Assembly (NCBI RefSeq): GCF_018350175.1
Contig: NC_058368.1
Location: forward strand, 79,920,001 to 79,984,000
Length of the DNA stretch: 64,000 bases
Source of the DNA: Felis catus
Lineage: Eukaryota
Direction: 5' to 3'
Part shown: piece after piece, positions 12,143 to 25,342 of the stretch
How the letters are laid out: each line of letters begins with the position of its first letter
Numbering within the stretch: the stretch's first letter is position 1
Made by a program: the position numbers and the translations under genes
The notes under the pieces: model-generated
What the model saw: only the letters and a program-made list of their open reading frames with translations
Told to the model about the DNA's origin: nothing
Database searches by the model: none

Positions 12143-15100
12143 CTGCAAGCACAAAGCAAAGGCGTCTGTCCACAGAGTGACCCAGCACGAGCGGGGTTCA
12201 GTCCACAGTGATATCAAGAAGCCACCTCCCCGAAAAATGGTCACCTATTTCAGCTCCTTCATTCCGCAGCAGCCAACAGCTCTGTGACAAAGCCCTGATC
12301 TGACCTCACTTCTTGTGCTTCTCTTGAAAACGCCTGGCAAAAACTCTGTACTAAGTATCCCGCACAGAGACTAGGTTAGGGCGGGGGACGGGGGAGTGGT
12401 GCCCACGTTGTAGGGCAGGCCCCAGATAACCTGCCTGTGCTTACAACTGTTGACGTTCACACGAACATTCTAGCGACTGTCGGAAGCTGCTGAGTGCAGG
12501 GCGTCCTAGGCCCAGGAACTGGAGGAGGGCTTCTGGGTGCAGACAGGACAGACAACAAGGAGAGCAAAGTCTGGGTGTGAGCACGGGCCAGTTCCATCAC
12601 TGTCATTGTGAGCAGTCAGCAGAACAGAAGGGACTTTCCCAAGAGACACAGCCTAGCACATTCCCCAGTTCCTGGAAAGTTAAATCAAGGAACGCCCACA
12701 CCCACAGATGGTCTTTCCTCTGGCCGCTCTGAGAACCAGGGCTCACAAGGTTTCAAATCATCATCTCAAGTGTTTGTTCCCTCAGGCCTGAGAAAGAAAG
12801 CCCTTCAGCCTCCCTGCCCGACTTGGCGGAATTTAGACTCTGGGGACAATTCATTTCACTTGAATTCCTTCTCACCACTCCCTCGGAAATGGCTCTTGGA
12901 TGTACGCAAATCACATGCACACAGAAAGAAAGGAAGGGGCCGGGACCTAAATTCATACAATCTCTAGGTTTTAAAGCGGGTACCATCGATCGTGCGCCCA
13001 CCATGGGTCACGGCCCTCGGCACGTCACTCCCGACTCTTCACCCAACTGAAAGCACACAGCAGGTGAGGGACGAACACGCAGAGCACTTTGGCAGGGGGG
13101 TGTGGAAAACTCATTATTTAGTTAAAAGGGGTTGTGGTATTTTGGAGCACTTTCCCCCCAGGGAACATTAGCTCCTGTGGATCCTCAAGTCCCAGCTACA
13201 CCGAGACTCCTCTGTGGAGCTCTTCCTGACGAGTGTCCTGTGTTTCCATGGTACAGAGCTCGGTCCTCATTACAGAAACTGCTCTGCTTTGTTAAGAACG
13301 CGTGTCTGCACACCTTTCTCTCCCATCCGTCTTTCAGGGCATAGAGGGCAGGCGTAAGGCTAACTTCGTGTCCTGAATGTCTGCAGCTAGGGGGGGATTG
13401 GAGGAAGGGGGAGAAGACCTAGCGATATTCACCAGTAAAAAATGAACACCAGTGTAAGAAATCACCACCGGTGTAGATTTTTCTCAACCTGGAAAGATCA
13501 GTGTTCCTTTACGGTGAAGATTCACAGCCTAGGAATACAGTTTTCTGTAAGCACAGGGTGAGGAAATATAATTCTTTATCTTCATAATGGTGACCTCGCC
13601 AGCTATCCTTCAAGGAAGAAATCTTGATTCTTTTTTGAAAGGTGACATTTTGATCTGAGGACACCTCATGTGGTTTCCCTGCCCCGGAACATCTCAATCC
13701 TAGGCGATTCAAAGGTCTTTGGATCCACATCTCTTGAGAGAAGTGACGAGGAATCAAACACTGCCTTGAAAACTTGGCGTTGGCTCCGTAAATTAGAGAA
13801 GATCCAGCGGCTACACAGGCTGCTTCTAAAGAGCGCAACTCCTTTCAAGAGAACATCCCGATGACCGCGAAAGCCGCTCAGGTCCCCATCAGGAGCCAGC
13901 CTGTCCCTCGGTCCCCAAATCAAACACTCGGCTTGCAAAAGGACATGTCACAGAAATGCTACCTAAATCAAATAGGAAGCCAGAGCATTTCATCTCTTGT
14001 CATTATCACCTGCTCGCCGGGATGCTCTGCTGGTTCCTGGGCACCTCCACCAGCCCCCAGACACATTTGAAATAAGAGGACCCCATCTGTGAGCCAGGTA
14101 AGCCATGGAGTCACGGGACGGCTTCAAATCAAAGGAAAATGACTACCTTCTCGATTAAACTGTTTACCCATAAAACAATTTTTAGAAACCTCTGGCATCT
14201 GCAGAAAGAAAGGAGCTCGGAGTTCCCAATGGGGCAGGCGTGGGGATTAGAAGGTCCGTCGTACATTCTCTTTATTTTCTTCTTCATGAGGACTTGTCCT
14301 CAACTGTCCTTCTCCCTTCTTCCTCTTGTCCCGTTTTTGTTAGATTGGGGGCTGGGGGGCTGGTGTCTGCATGGGGTTTCAGGCAGAGTCAAGGCAGGAA
14401 GTTTCCAGGAAGGCCAAGTAGATAAGGACCGTGTCCAGAGGTTAAAAGCATCCTCTTCTGCTTCTTCAAAGCTCTTCTGTCTTTGATCCCCACCAGAGCC
14501 GTGGCTTCCCAGTTATGGGAACTTCTAATTTATTTAGAAATATTTTACACAGTTGCGACTTCTAACTCAGCTCCCCAGGCACCAGGGACGTTCTGGAAGC
14601 AGAATCCCAAGATCTAACTTCAAAAGGAGAAAACGCATCGCTCAATCCCAGCTGCTTCACGGCTATGTCAACGCCCACTTCTGTCCTGACCTGCTATCAT
14701 AAAAGCTGCCGGCGACATCCTTAAAGATTGCAACGTTAAAGAGCTACCTCAAAGAAGGATAACGCTGAAGATTTGACTTTGACAGAAGAAGAAAGAGAGG
14801 AAAAATGGAAAAAAAGTCATGAAAGGAAGTGGAGAAACTCATTAATGCTTGCAAAGCTTAGAGGAACAAAGAAAATACGAGAACGAGGCCTTCAGGTTTA
14901 AACGATTTAGAGACAGAGTGGACCATGTGCACCAAAAGCGCCCTTCAGTGTCTGAGATCATGACCGCTCCCTTCAATGGCTTCTTTTTAAACAAATGAGA
15001 AAAGTTTAGGAGCTGATTTTCATTTAACTGAAAGATTGCACATCGACGTGAGAGAGGCATCTCATTTTCAGATGCGGGAAAGCACCCCCACGGTAGATAC

Positions 15101-15645
15101 AGGTGACAGGAATTTTCCGAACAACACTTCTGGGAGACGAGGAATGAAAATGTTCTAAACTCCTCGAAGGAAACAGGCCAGTGCTCGTCACTCCATGGAA
15201 ACTGCCCGTGCTGAACTTACCGCACGTTTTTAAGTTACTGCTGTGACGGGCAATGCTCACGCAGAAGGTCGGCAGCCGACCTCAGGAGCGCGGCTGCTTG
15301 GAGGGGCCCCTGCGGTACCCCAGGTCTCGAGAGTCCCCAGAGACCCTGTGGGGAGGTGACACACAGCAGCCGCTGCCCCTGGACACAGGGCCGTGGCAAC
15401 TGAATTCTGGCCAGGTGAGGAGAGAGGCGGTTGAGATGTGGATTCTGGCCTGAACAGTCCTGCTCACCGTCGGGTGGACATGTGGAGTGATTCTAGACTG
15501 TTCTAGACTGTTCTAGACACCCACACTGGGCCAGCACCCCAATAACACTGCAGAAACCATGCTCACAAATGCAGCAGCATACACCTTTGTTAGCTGGCTC
15601 GGCAGCTACTTCTACTAAGCACTCCAACCAGACGGCTTTACTTAC

Positions 15646-15716
15646 AGGCAGTCCTTCCAGGCCATCTCTGCCGGGTAAGCCTCTGTCGCCCTTGGCCCCT
15701 GGCTGTCCCGGGAAAC
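15646..15716 (-). CDS. COL4A1: COL4A1 exon 24 (71 nt): GFPGQPGAKGDRGLPGRDGLEGLP
   Basis: aag|GTTTC...CTGCCT|gtaagt. Confidence 0.95.
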
Positions 15717-15805
15717 CTTTAGGAAGACAAGGGAGGTAGGACACATCGTGGATGAGACACATCCTAATAACCCCACACCTTTCCTTTTCAAGATTCAAGA
15801 GCACA

Positions 15806-16027
15806 GGGGCATCTGGGGGGGTTCAGTCAGTTCAGCGTCCAACTTCGGCTCAGGTCGTGATCTCACGGCTTGGGGGTTCGAGCCCCATGTCGGGCTCTGT
15901 GCTGACAGCTCGGAGCCTGGAGCCTGCTTCGGATTCTGTGTCTCCCTCTCTGCCCCTCCCCTGCTCATGTTGTTTCTCTCTCAAAAATAAGTAAACATTG
16001 AAAAAAGTCAAAAAGTAATAAAAAAAG
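15806..16027 (+). mobile_element. CAN-SINE (SINEC_Fc-type)
   Basis: tRNA-derived head, (CT)n, A-rich tail; degenerate TSD aagattcaagagcacag / aagaatcaagagcatag. Confidence 0.92.
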
Positions 16028-16497
16028 AATCAAGAGCATAGAGGGACCTTCATAGAAGCAGATGGTGTTTGAAGACTCCCAATGCAGTAGTAATGAACGT
16101 GCCCAAGGTGGACTCGGGAAGGGGAAAAGCGACCCCAGATGTGGACAAGAGCCACTGAAGCAGCTGGTGACAAGTGCCCCCACCTACACGCCAGGAACCG
16201 TTTTAACCAGAAACCTTCTGTTCATTTCGTTCAAGAGAACTCAATTTGTGGAGCTAAGGGAACTGTATGCTATCGCCCTTTTGTTGGAAGGTCTCTCTGG
16301 TGCCAAACTGTAGGTCATCCGGACGACCTTCAACAAAGTAGGCAAATCCTGGAAGTGGGACCGAAAGTTTTCTGTTTTATGCTTTAGTTTTAAATGCAGA
16401 GATGCGTGGTCTCTCATGGCGTAAGATTCGTTTCAGTGTGATTTCCAACCCGCAGAAGCAAACTCTGGCCTGGTCCCGCTCATGTCCGGGGTCTCAC

Positions 16498-16581
16498 CTA
16501 TTTCTCCTGGGGGTCCCTGTGGTCCAGGGGGCCCACGAAGTCCTGCTGTGTCACAGATGAGGCAGCTGTCTCCTTTCTGAC
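16498..16581 (-). CDS. COL4A1: COL4A1 exon 23 (84 nt): [28 protein letters not shown]
   Basis: cag|GTCAG...ATAG|gtgaga; SCLIC cysteine-containing interruption. Confidence 0.96.
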   Translation of the reverse strand, partial: VRKETAASSVTQQDFVGPLDHRDPQEK

Positions 16582-18344
16582 CTGCAAAGGGAACACAGAG
16601 GTCCTCACATGCACGCGAGAAGGCAAGTGTCCGCAGCACGGTGGCAGAACAGAAAATGGAGCCACTGTTAATGGCGTCCTGCTTCGGTGCAGTGTCCTTG
16701 GTCATCCAACACCCACCCCAGACACCTCTGCTGTGCTAACCGGTGGCGTGTGCCCGTCCCGGGGCCCGCCCGCCACCCTCCGCACACTTCACAGGCCACT
16801 GCCGGGGTGCCGGGACCCTCTGCCCTGCACGAGGATGGGCGCTGCCTCGCCAAAAGGTGATCTGGAAATGAACCTTGCTCACAGCCTGGAAAGATCTGAC
16901 TGCTCTAGTTTTGTTTCCGTCTTGAAAACTTCCCATCACCTTTCTCTCTGATGTCGCATTTTTTAGCGAACTCCACACCTGTAACTCCTGGACGTTAAAC
17001 CTGGTTACAGGCTGATGGGCGACCAATGGGAATGAAAAGCCAGGAAAGCGGGAACACGTACGTGACCCGATACTGAGGACGGAAAGGGAGAGAGACTGCA
17101 GCACAGACAAAAAGGGAGAAAATGCCTCGGGTTTTTTTTTGTTTTTTTGTTTTTTTTTGGAAATTCTAACATCTTAGGTCTTGATTTTCAAACTAAGCCA
17201 CAAGGCCATATGGTGTCTCAGATAAACCCGTGTCCTAAACCTTAAAATGCCTGGCTTCTAGGGACTCATCAGGGCACGGCGCGAGGAGAAGCCCCTACTA
17301 CCGGGCAGTGACGGGCTGGCCCGCGTGCGCTGGCCTGGCCCGGACTGGCGCACCACAGCCCCGGCACTGCTAAGCCTGCTCCCCTCTGGCAGAACCTGCT
17401 GCTGGGAACAGCGATGGGACCAACGCAGACAGCCCGTGTCCCTGCTGTGTGGGCAAGGACAAAGAGGAGCCCATCTGTGGGACAGGGACAGCACAAGTCA
17501 GCTGGCAGCCAGCTAAGTTCTGGGCCCCACGGGATTCACACGAGGTGGTTCTACAGCAAGAGTGTGGAGGTCTCAGGACAAAGAAGCTTCTGACTCTGTG
17601 TCGTAAGGAGGGACGTCCCACCTCAGGAAGTACCAACCATCTGGTAACGAGAGACATTCGTTACAAACCAAGTATGCGTTGGTTTTTAATGACACCGAAG
17701 GCTTGGTGGCCCTCCGTGATGACTGCTAAGACCACTTCCACCTGTGAGGTTTACGTGGCTGCCCAAATTAGATGTTAGCTGCAACTGTTTTCCACGCAGC
17801 ATTTGTGCCATTGACTTTGGAAGAGGAAGAAATCTGCAGAGGAAGGCTACCAATGGTGCCCGGTGGGGTTAGCTTTGGGGACAGTCTCCCGGTGGCTCTA
17901 CTCTCTGGTTATTGAGACACTCATCAAGAGTGGACCGTCCAAGGGGCACGGCACTCTCAGATGGCACCACTGGTGCCGTGAGAATCCACTGTCGGCACGA
18001 GTGTGCAGAGAGGCTGTTGTGTGCTGGGTTGGCGTTACGGCAGGCACTGGGAGATGGTGACCTTAACTCTGAGAGACGAGGGTGTGGGCGGCCACCCCAG
18101 GCCGGCGGGTTCGCTCACACCAATTACAGGAACAGGGCTCAGAGGACTAGGGAGTGTTCTGGACACACATCTGTGACTCACTTGAAAGAAAGCCATTCGT
18201 TCTCTGAGAATGGATCTTCCAGACTTTGAACCAAAAGATTGAGCTAAGATATCAGTCTTAGGGTTTAATCTGCTGGCCGTTAGAGGGTAGAGCGGTTACG
18301 TGTCAGGACCGGGGCTCCCTGTTGCCTCCCAGCTGATAGCACTC

Positions 18345-18430
18345 TGTCTGTCTCTCTGGTCTGTTTCTCTCTCTGTCTCTATGTCTCTGTCTCTCTCTCA
18401 TCTCTCTCTGTCTCTGTCTCTCTCTCTCTC
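18345..18430 (+). repeat. Degenerate (CT/CTGT)n microsatellite
   Basis: tctgtctctctctg-type units. Confidence 0.85.
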
Positions 18431-18602
18431 CTGGAAACCCAACAACGGGACATCCCGACAGAGCTATAGGGAGACACATCCTAGGAACAGACTTGGACAA
18501 GAGTTCCGAATAAGGGAAGAGCACGCTCACGCTCCCCATATGCAGAAATATGTCACATCCCCAGCACAATCGTCATTTTTTTTAAACATCGGCATCTCTT
18601 AC

Positions 18603-18698
18603 CTTTTTCTCCGACTTCGCCCGTCAGCCCTGGTTGCCCCGGACTTCCGGGGGCACCTCGGTCCCCTGGCGGTCCAGGCTGGCACTCCACAATTCCAT
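18603..18698 (-). CDS. COL4A1: COL4A1 exon 22 (96 nt): [32 protein letters not shown]
   Basis: cag|ATGGA...AAAG|gtaaga. Confidence 0.96.
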
Positions 18699-20114
18699 CT
18701 GGAATGGATTTTCAAAGTTACAGGACCCTTCCCACCAGACGGAAACCAGGTATCTACACCCCCTCTTCACCCCACCCCTACTGCGATACCAAAGTACATC
18801 AGGCTATTTGGTTCGTGCCGGAAATTCAGCTTCAGCTTGCCTTAAAGCGATCCTGGAAAGTTAATTTGAACACAGGCCCACACAGCACCCATCCGACCTC
18901 TCAACACCGTCACTGCTAAAACATCGATTTTACGACCCTAAAGCACCTCTCAGTTCATCAGCCCTGTCCTGTACCTTCCTTCGTTTTCACCTTGTAAGGT
19001 ACACACCTGGGTCCTTATTCTACAGATTAAAAAACTAGCCCAGAAAAGCGAGGCCGTACATCTGCGAACTGAAAGCCGAGACTTGAAGAACTTTATTATT
19101 TTTTCTTTTCCTCAGCAAATTTACAGCGAAGTCATCACTGTTTCAGAGATGCAGGCTGTCCATGGGGACACGCTTCTAACCAATTCTGAGCACCACGCAC
19201 GTAAAGAGGCATGAAAACAAACTGCACTCGTGGAAACACCATCTGTCGGGGGTTCTGCTAGAAAAAGCACTGCTTCGTGGCTCAGACACGCGGTGACAGA
19301 GTTCACGTCTCCTCGTCCAGTATCTTGGAAGAAGAACAACAGAGCCAACGATTCACCCCAGGGCTCCCCTTGGGCGCTCGGGTCCTCACTGCAGACTGGA
19401 GCCTGGTGAGCGAGCTGCGTCCGAGCAGGAGGGGAGAGGGCCAGCAGAGAGGGCATGCCCCTCACCTGATGCCCCGTCCCCACACCCTGACTTGAACGAA
19501 GCAGCCAGAATCACCTTCCTGCCCCCCAGCCCGGCTCTCTCCAGGGCACAAGGCACCAGACGGGCAACAGTGGGTTTGCTCCGGGACAAGGCAACGGGAC
19601 AGAGGGCCCGAACCTTCCTGCTTGATGACTTCCTTCAGAGCTCAGAAGAGACTGGTCGTTTCAAGTGTGTGCAAACTCCAGTCCAAGGGAGACAGAGAGA
19701 GTTCTTGCTTTGTCTGTGGGTTCGGGGTTTATGTCTTCCCGGGGGGTTCCTGGAGGTACAGCGCCGGTGGTAAGGAGCCCTGAGGTGGCGATCACTCTGT
19801 CCCAGGGTCCGTCCACGGCTGCTGGGCCCTTCCCGCTCTTGAACAAAGTCTTGTCATTTTTATGCTTCCAAGAGCAGCCCCTACACTATCTGACCGTGAG
19901 GAGCCAGCACCGCCAGGCTGTGTGAGCACCGGGGAGTGTGAGCTCCCTGATCCTACAACTGCAGGCACGTGGACACGGGCAGACATTCGATCACTCACTT
20001 CTTTCCTTTTCCAGAACACATCTCCGGCCAGCCTCATCTGAGGCAGAATCCCACACACCCGTAAGAAAGCAACTTTACATCCTTGTGAAAATCAATTTAA
20101 AATAACTTGAAGAT

Positions 20115-20325
20115 GGGGCGCCTGGGTTGGCTCAGTCCATTAAGCATCTGACTTAGGCGCAGGTTGTGATCTCGCGGTTCATGGGTTCGAGCCCCACATC
20201 AGGCTCTGTGCTGACAGCTTGGAGCCTGGACCCTGCTTTGGATTCTGTGTCTCCCTCTCTCTCTGCCCCTACCCCGCTCATGCTCCATCTCTCTCAACTA
20301 TAAACACTAAAAAAAATTTTTTTTT
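20115..20325 (+). mobile_element. CAN-SINE (SINEC_Fc-type)
   Basis: ggggcgcctggg...ggctcag head, CT-rich region, A/T tail; degenerate TSD aataacttgaag / aataaccttaag. Confidence 0.92.
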
Positions 20326-20570
20326 AATAACCTTAAGTCTAAAGCAAGAACATGGTGGTGATTTCTGAGCGGTTCTAAGACGCAAGTCCAGACCAGACTT
20401 CTACTGCTCGGTGGGCACAGGTGAGCACAGGGCAGGGCGGTGCAGAGACCTCTGCCTTGTGCTGAGGAGCTACTGACAGGCCCCCAGGGGGCAATTCATC
20501 TTAAGACATCGCCTCTTTAACATACACTGTGCAACTGAACAAAAATCTCATTTATAGATGAATCACTTAA

Positions 20571-20815
20571 GGGGCGCCTGGGTGGCTCAGTCAGTGAAGC
20601 GCCCAACTTCAGCTCAGGTCATGATCTCACGGTTCGTGGGTTCGAGCCTCATGATGGGCTCTGTGCTGACAGCTCGGAGACTGGAGCTGCTTCGGATTCT
20701 GTCTCTCTGTCTCTCTCTGTCTCTGTCTCTCTCTCTCTCTCTCTGCCCCTCCCCACTCACGCTCTGCCTCTCTCTCTCTCAAAAATAAAATAAATGTTAA
20801 AAAAAAACCCAAAGT
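20571..20815 (+). mobile_element. CAN-SINE (SINEC_Fc-type) with expanded (CT)n
   Basis: TSD agatgaatcacttaa (20556-20570) / agatgaattacttaa (20821-20835). Confidence 0.93.
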
Positions 20816-22219
20816 TATGCAGATGAATTACTTAATTAACATAAACAAAATGGGACAACATGGCACGGGGATGGCAGATGTCACACTGCACTCAGCTGAC
20901 GCATCCTCCTCAACCAACAGCAGTGGGAAGGTCATGTTTTTACATGAAATTTGTTCTTATTTTGGTACTGAAAAAAAATTACACGTATCAAAAAAAGTTC
21001 TCCCAGATTTCCCCATGGTTGCATGCCTCATCCCCTTCAATCTTTGCCTCTCACTCCACTTAAATTAGACCCATGACCGGAAGCACCGTCACCCAGAACT
21101 TGGCGGTCCCTTCGCTGCTCGTGTTTAGCCCGCACCTGTCACTCCTGCAGACCACATAATTCACTTGGCTTCCACTCCCCCACGGGATGCACGCCCAGGA
21201 GGGCAGGACTGTGACAGTGCCTGGGGTACCTGTTGAGTAAACCTGTGACCCCGAAGGCCCCTTGGCCACTCACAACCCTCTCAGACACATGGAGAGAAAG
21301 TGACTCAGGGCTGAATGTCATAGGACTTCACTATCATCTTCATTCTCCACCTTTCCCAGATCCGTGGGAAAAAGGGGGGGGGCATCCCTGCGAAGTCACA
21401 GACCCACCCCCGCCCTGGGCACCTTGACAAAGAAAATTCATGCTGATCCTTTCCCAGTAAAGCTTCACACCTGGAATCAACTGTTCCCTCCAGTTCCTAT
21501 CTGGCCTCCGTATGGAGCCTCGCCCACGAGAACTCCCTTTCTCAAAGACGTGTTTGAATTCTGGCAAATAAGCCGCCTGGTACTTGCAGCCATGGCCCCC
21601 CCTTGCGTCAGCCCCACAGAAGACCAGGGTCTCCAGTGCTCAAGGCGCATGTGCTGCTTATGAGAATCTCACATGTTCCCGCTGGAGTTAACTCCTCTGA
21701 AGTCTTACATTCTGTGTTGGTGTCACTCTGGGGCCCCAGGACCCCGTTTACTGAATCAAGAGTTTAACATCCCGTGCTCAGCTCTGACAGTGAGCTGATG
21801 TGGGAAACATCCACACAAAGTACCGTTCGACTTAGAAGTCGTGCGTTCCATCCCCTGCAGACCCCTCTTTGTTCGCGCGATCGTGTCTTAGTGCTAATCT
21901 GTGTCTCTGGATAAACAGGAATGAGTCCCATTTTCAGCTGCCTTGCCTTTTCATTTCGATGTCCAGAGGCTCAGAACTGGCTGGTATGTTTCTCATTCCT
22001 CTGACCAGGGTTACTGTTTTATAGTTCCATCCCGTAGCATGACTAGCATTGCAAAGATGCTAAGTGGGACACAAATCACTCACAAAGCCTGGGACGCCCG
22101 GCCTTCTGTATCCCACTAGAACCCTGGAGCGCCGCCCCCGCTCCCCGCAACACCCAGGCAGCTCTGCCCGGCACCCGTCCCACACCAGACACACGCGAAC
22201 TGTCCTGGAAAGAACTTAC

Positions 22220-22384
22220 TTGTGTGACCCGGCTGTCCAGGGGGCCCAGGAGGCCCGGGGGGACCCGGGAGCCCGTCCCTTCCACTTGGTCCCGGCAAAG
22301 ACGTGCCTGGAAACCCTTGGTCACCTTTCTGCCCTCTTTCACCAGGAAAGCCAGGAGCACCTGCCAGCTCTGGTACCGGGAAGC
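22220..22384 (-). CDS. COL4A1: COL4A1 exon 21 (165 nt): [55 protein letters not shown]
   Basis: cag|GCTTC...ACAA|gtaagt; contains GFPGER. Confidence 0.96.
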
Positions 22385-23749
22385 CTGAAACCAGAGCAAA
22401 ACGTCACCATCATCGTGTGAGCTCAGCCTCTGCCACACAAATTTTCCTAACTCGGTTCAGGGTAAAACAAGAAGTGCCCATCACCAAGAGGGGAACTGCT
22501 CTAGGTAAGTAAAAACGAGCTAAATTTTCAGGCCTCCCACCACATGAAGGTTGCCAGGCAAATGCCTCCTACAAGTTAGCTTTAAGGAAAAGGACTTAGC
22601 ACACAGACGCGAAAAACCTGTGAGTTTCTCTTGGTGCAAATAGTATTCCCACTGCATGAATGAAAAGGCTGTTGGGGCTCAATTCTATTTCCACGTAGAG
22701 GATAAGGCATAAAAATGTCACCGAACAAAAGCAGAAGTGGGACAGGAAGCCTAGGGGACGGGAACTGCGTCGGCAATCTACACGGAACAGCCAAAAAGTT
22801 AAGACAAGTAAGGTGGTCTGGTGGAGCCTGAGGTCAGACGTGAACGTGAAAGCCGAGTTCGGCTGCTGTAAATGTTACAGGACAAGATGACAGGGCCCCT
22901 GGGATGCACACCAAGAAGACCCGGCAGAACACCAGCTCGGGGGCTGCTCTACCCTGGCCTCGAGGTGGGGGACTGACAGCCAAGGGCAGAGGCAGGACTG
23001 TCACACAGCCTTGAACCAAGAGCAGAGCAGTGCAGACACGAGGGATACAAGGGATGACAGGTCCCAGGAGCGGAACTGCAGCCATCCATGACAAACCCAC
23101 TCTTCAGTGCAGCAAGAACCGAAGGCGGTCCCTGGGGCTTGGGCTGCAGACCCAGGAGGGGACCCCGCGGCCTGGGGGGCGGGGCGTTGGGCCCGCAGCC
23201 GGGCTCCAACCAGGGGAGAGCAGATGAGGCCAGAGCAGTTTCAAAGACCTTTCCCAACACTGTCAGTTAGGAGACAGTCGGGCAGATGAACGGTTTTGGA
23301 AAGTAAATGTGGTGAATGCCAGGGGAGACAGGAAGTGACGGGCTCACGAGGACACAGAAGCCCCAGCATGGTTCCTAAGCACAAGGAAGAAAGTGGGTGG
23401 AAACAGACATGGGGTGATTTTAGAGGCCGACCCAAAAGCTCTGCTGGAAAGCAGGAAAGTGGGCAGAGAAGGCCCTGCCTGAGAATGGCTGAGGCAAATC
23501 CTCAATGCGGGACGGACTTGGGGTATAGTCTGTTCCAGAGACAAGGAAGGAGCTTGGGGGACATTACAGCCAAAGCGCTGTCAGAAAGGGGAAAGCAAAA
23601 TATAAGCAAAAGAGAATCAAACACAAAAATAAATAAAAAACAAAACGAAAGATGTAAGGATTCCAGGCACTTGGCTGTGGTATCGATTCTAGGGCACATG
23701 TGGGTTTCCCTCGCAGCCTGTATGACCCACTCCAGGGACTGGGAGAGCG

Positions 23750-24090
23750 CGTACACACGCACGTGCACAGACATGCACACACTCCCATGTGCACATGCAC
23801 ACGCACACATGCTCACACACATGCTCACATGCACACACGCTCACATGCACCCACTCACATGCATACACACATGCTCACATGCATACACACATACATGCTC
23901 ACATGCACATGCACACATGTTCACACACATGCTCACATGCACACACGCTCACATGCACCCACACTCACGTGCATACACACATGCTCACATGCACACACAC
24001 ACGTTCACATGCACACACACTCTCATATGCATACACACATACATGCTCATATGCACACACACGTACATGTTCACATGCACACACACACAC
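23750..24090 (+). repeat. ~340-bp degenerate (CA/CATG) array, intron 20
   Basis: acacatgctcacatgc-type units; reverse-complement type of the array at 6721-7347. Confidence 0.93.
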
Positions 24091-24733
24091 AGGATCCAAC
24101 ACTAGCTAAGCAGCAGGTGTGATGCAATCACACACCAAGTTCAAGCAAGAGCTGTGGGATTCCACAGAGAAGAGGTGCTCAGATCAGTAAGGGAGGCTTC
24201 AGCCCTGATTCTAGTCCCAAGGGAGAAACAAAGTCACCCCAGAGACAGGGACTGTGGGAACCGATGCTGAAGGGTCTGTCAGACGCTGCAGACCTGCATC
24301 TGGGGTGGGGGGGCAATGAGGCTGGGGGGCGTGAAGGGGCCTGCCACACACAGGATCTGCATCCTTGGGCAGGGGTGAGTGAGGCGGGGGGGGCGGGGCC
24401 TGCCAGACACTGGGGACCTGAGTGGAGGGGGTGTGGGTGGAGGGAAGGAGCCTGGGGGTCGGCGGGGGCAGGAGGCCGGTCCAAACCAGGGAGAGAAGTA
24501 TGGGACTTGAGGAAGGCATGAGAACCCCCAGGAGCACACACCCGCAGGGCCGCCTGTGACTAACAAAGTAAAGGACCACAGCTGTGCACACACCTTGCTG
24601 TCATAACTAGAAAAACATGCACAAAATCGCCAGCCGTTTCTGGCAGACCCTGGCATACACAACAAACATGTTCCGGACATGAAGCACACAGACGTTGTAC
24701 AGTTATCTGAAACAATCGGCCAAGGATACTCAC

Positions 24734-24769
24734 CTGGAGGGCCTGGCTGGCCTTGTAATCCTGGGAAAC
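24734..24769 (-). CDS. COL4A1: COL4A1 exon 20 (36 nt): GFPGLQGQPGPP
   Basis: aag|GTTTC...CCAG|gtgagt. Confidence 0.94.
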
Positions 24770-25039
24770 CTTGAAAGAGAAGGGGAGAGTCAGACACCCC
24801 GAGCCCGAGCGTCTGTGCCCACAAGGCCCCGGGCCGGGCGCCAGGGAAGAGCGTTGGGGGGAACACAGCGCCCCTGGCCCCGCCGAGATGGGCAGAGATG
24901 GGCTCCGGGGGAACTGGCACCAGGACAAAGGACAGACCTGAGCAGGTCTGTCACCACGTGGTCGTGCAAGGCCTGTCAGTGTCACCAAAATGGGAGGGTG
25001 TTGGGTCGAAAATGGAGGAAAAGTAAAGGAGAAAAAGAC

Positions 25040-25342
25040 AGAAGGGATGAGGAAGGAGGGGGGAGGGAGGGGGAGGTAAGAAGGAAGGGGGAGGGAGGGA
25101 AAAGGGAGGAAAAGGGAAGGGGGAGGTAAGAAGGAGGAGGAAGGGAGGGAGGGACAGAGGAGGGGGTTGGAGGGGGAGGTAGGAAGGAAGGGGGAGGGAG
25201 GGGAGAAGGAGGAAAGGGGGAGGGGGAGGTAAGGAGGAGGAGGGAGGGAGGGACGGGGGGGGGAGGAGGGGCAGGAGGAAGGGCACAGGGAGGAAAGGGG
25301 GAGGCGGAGGCAAGAAGGAGGAGGAAGGAGGACGGAGGAGAA
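25040..25342 (+). repeat. ~300-bp G/A-rich low-complexity tract, intron 19
   Basis: ggaggg/ggaagg units, almost all purine on the + strand. Confidence 0.92.
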
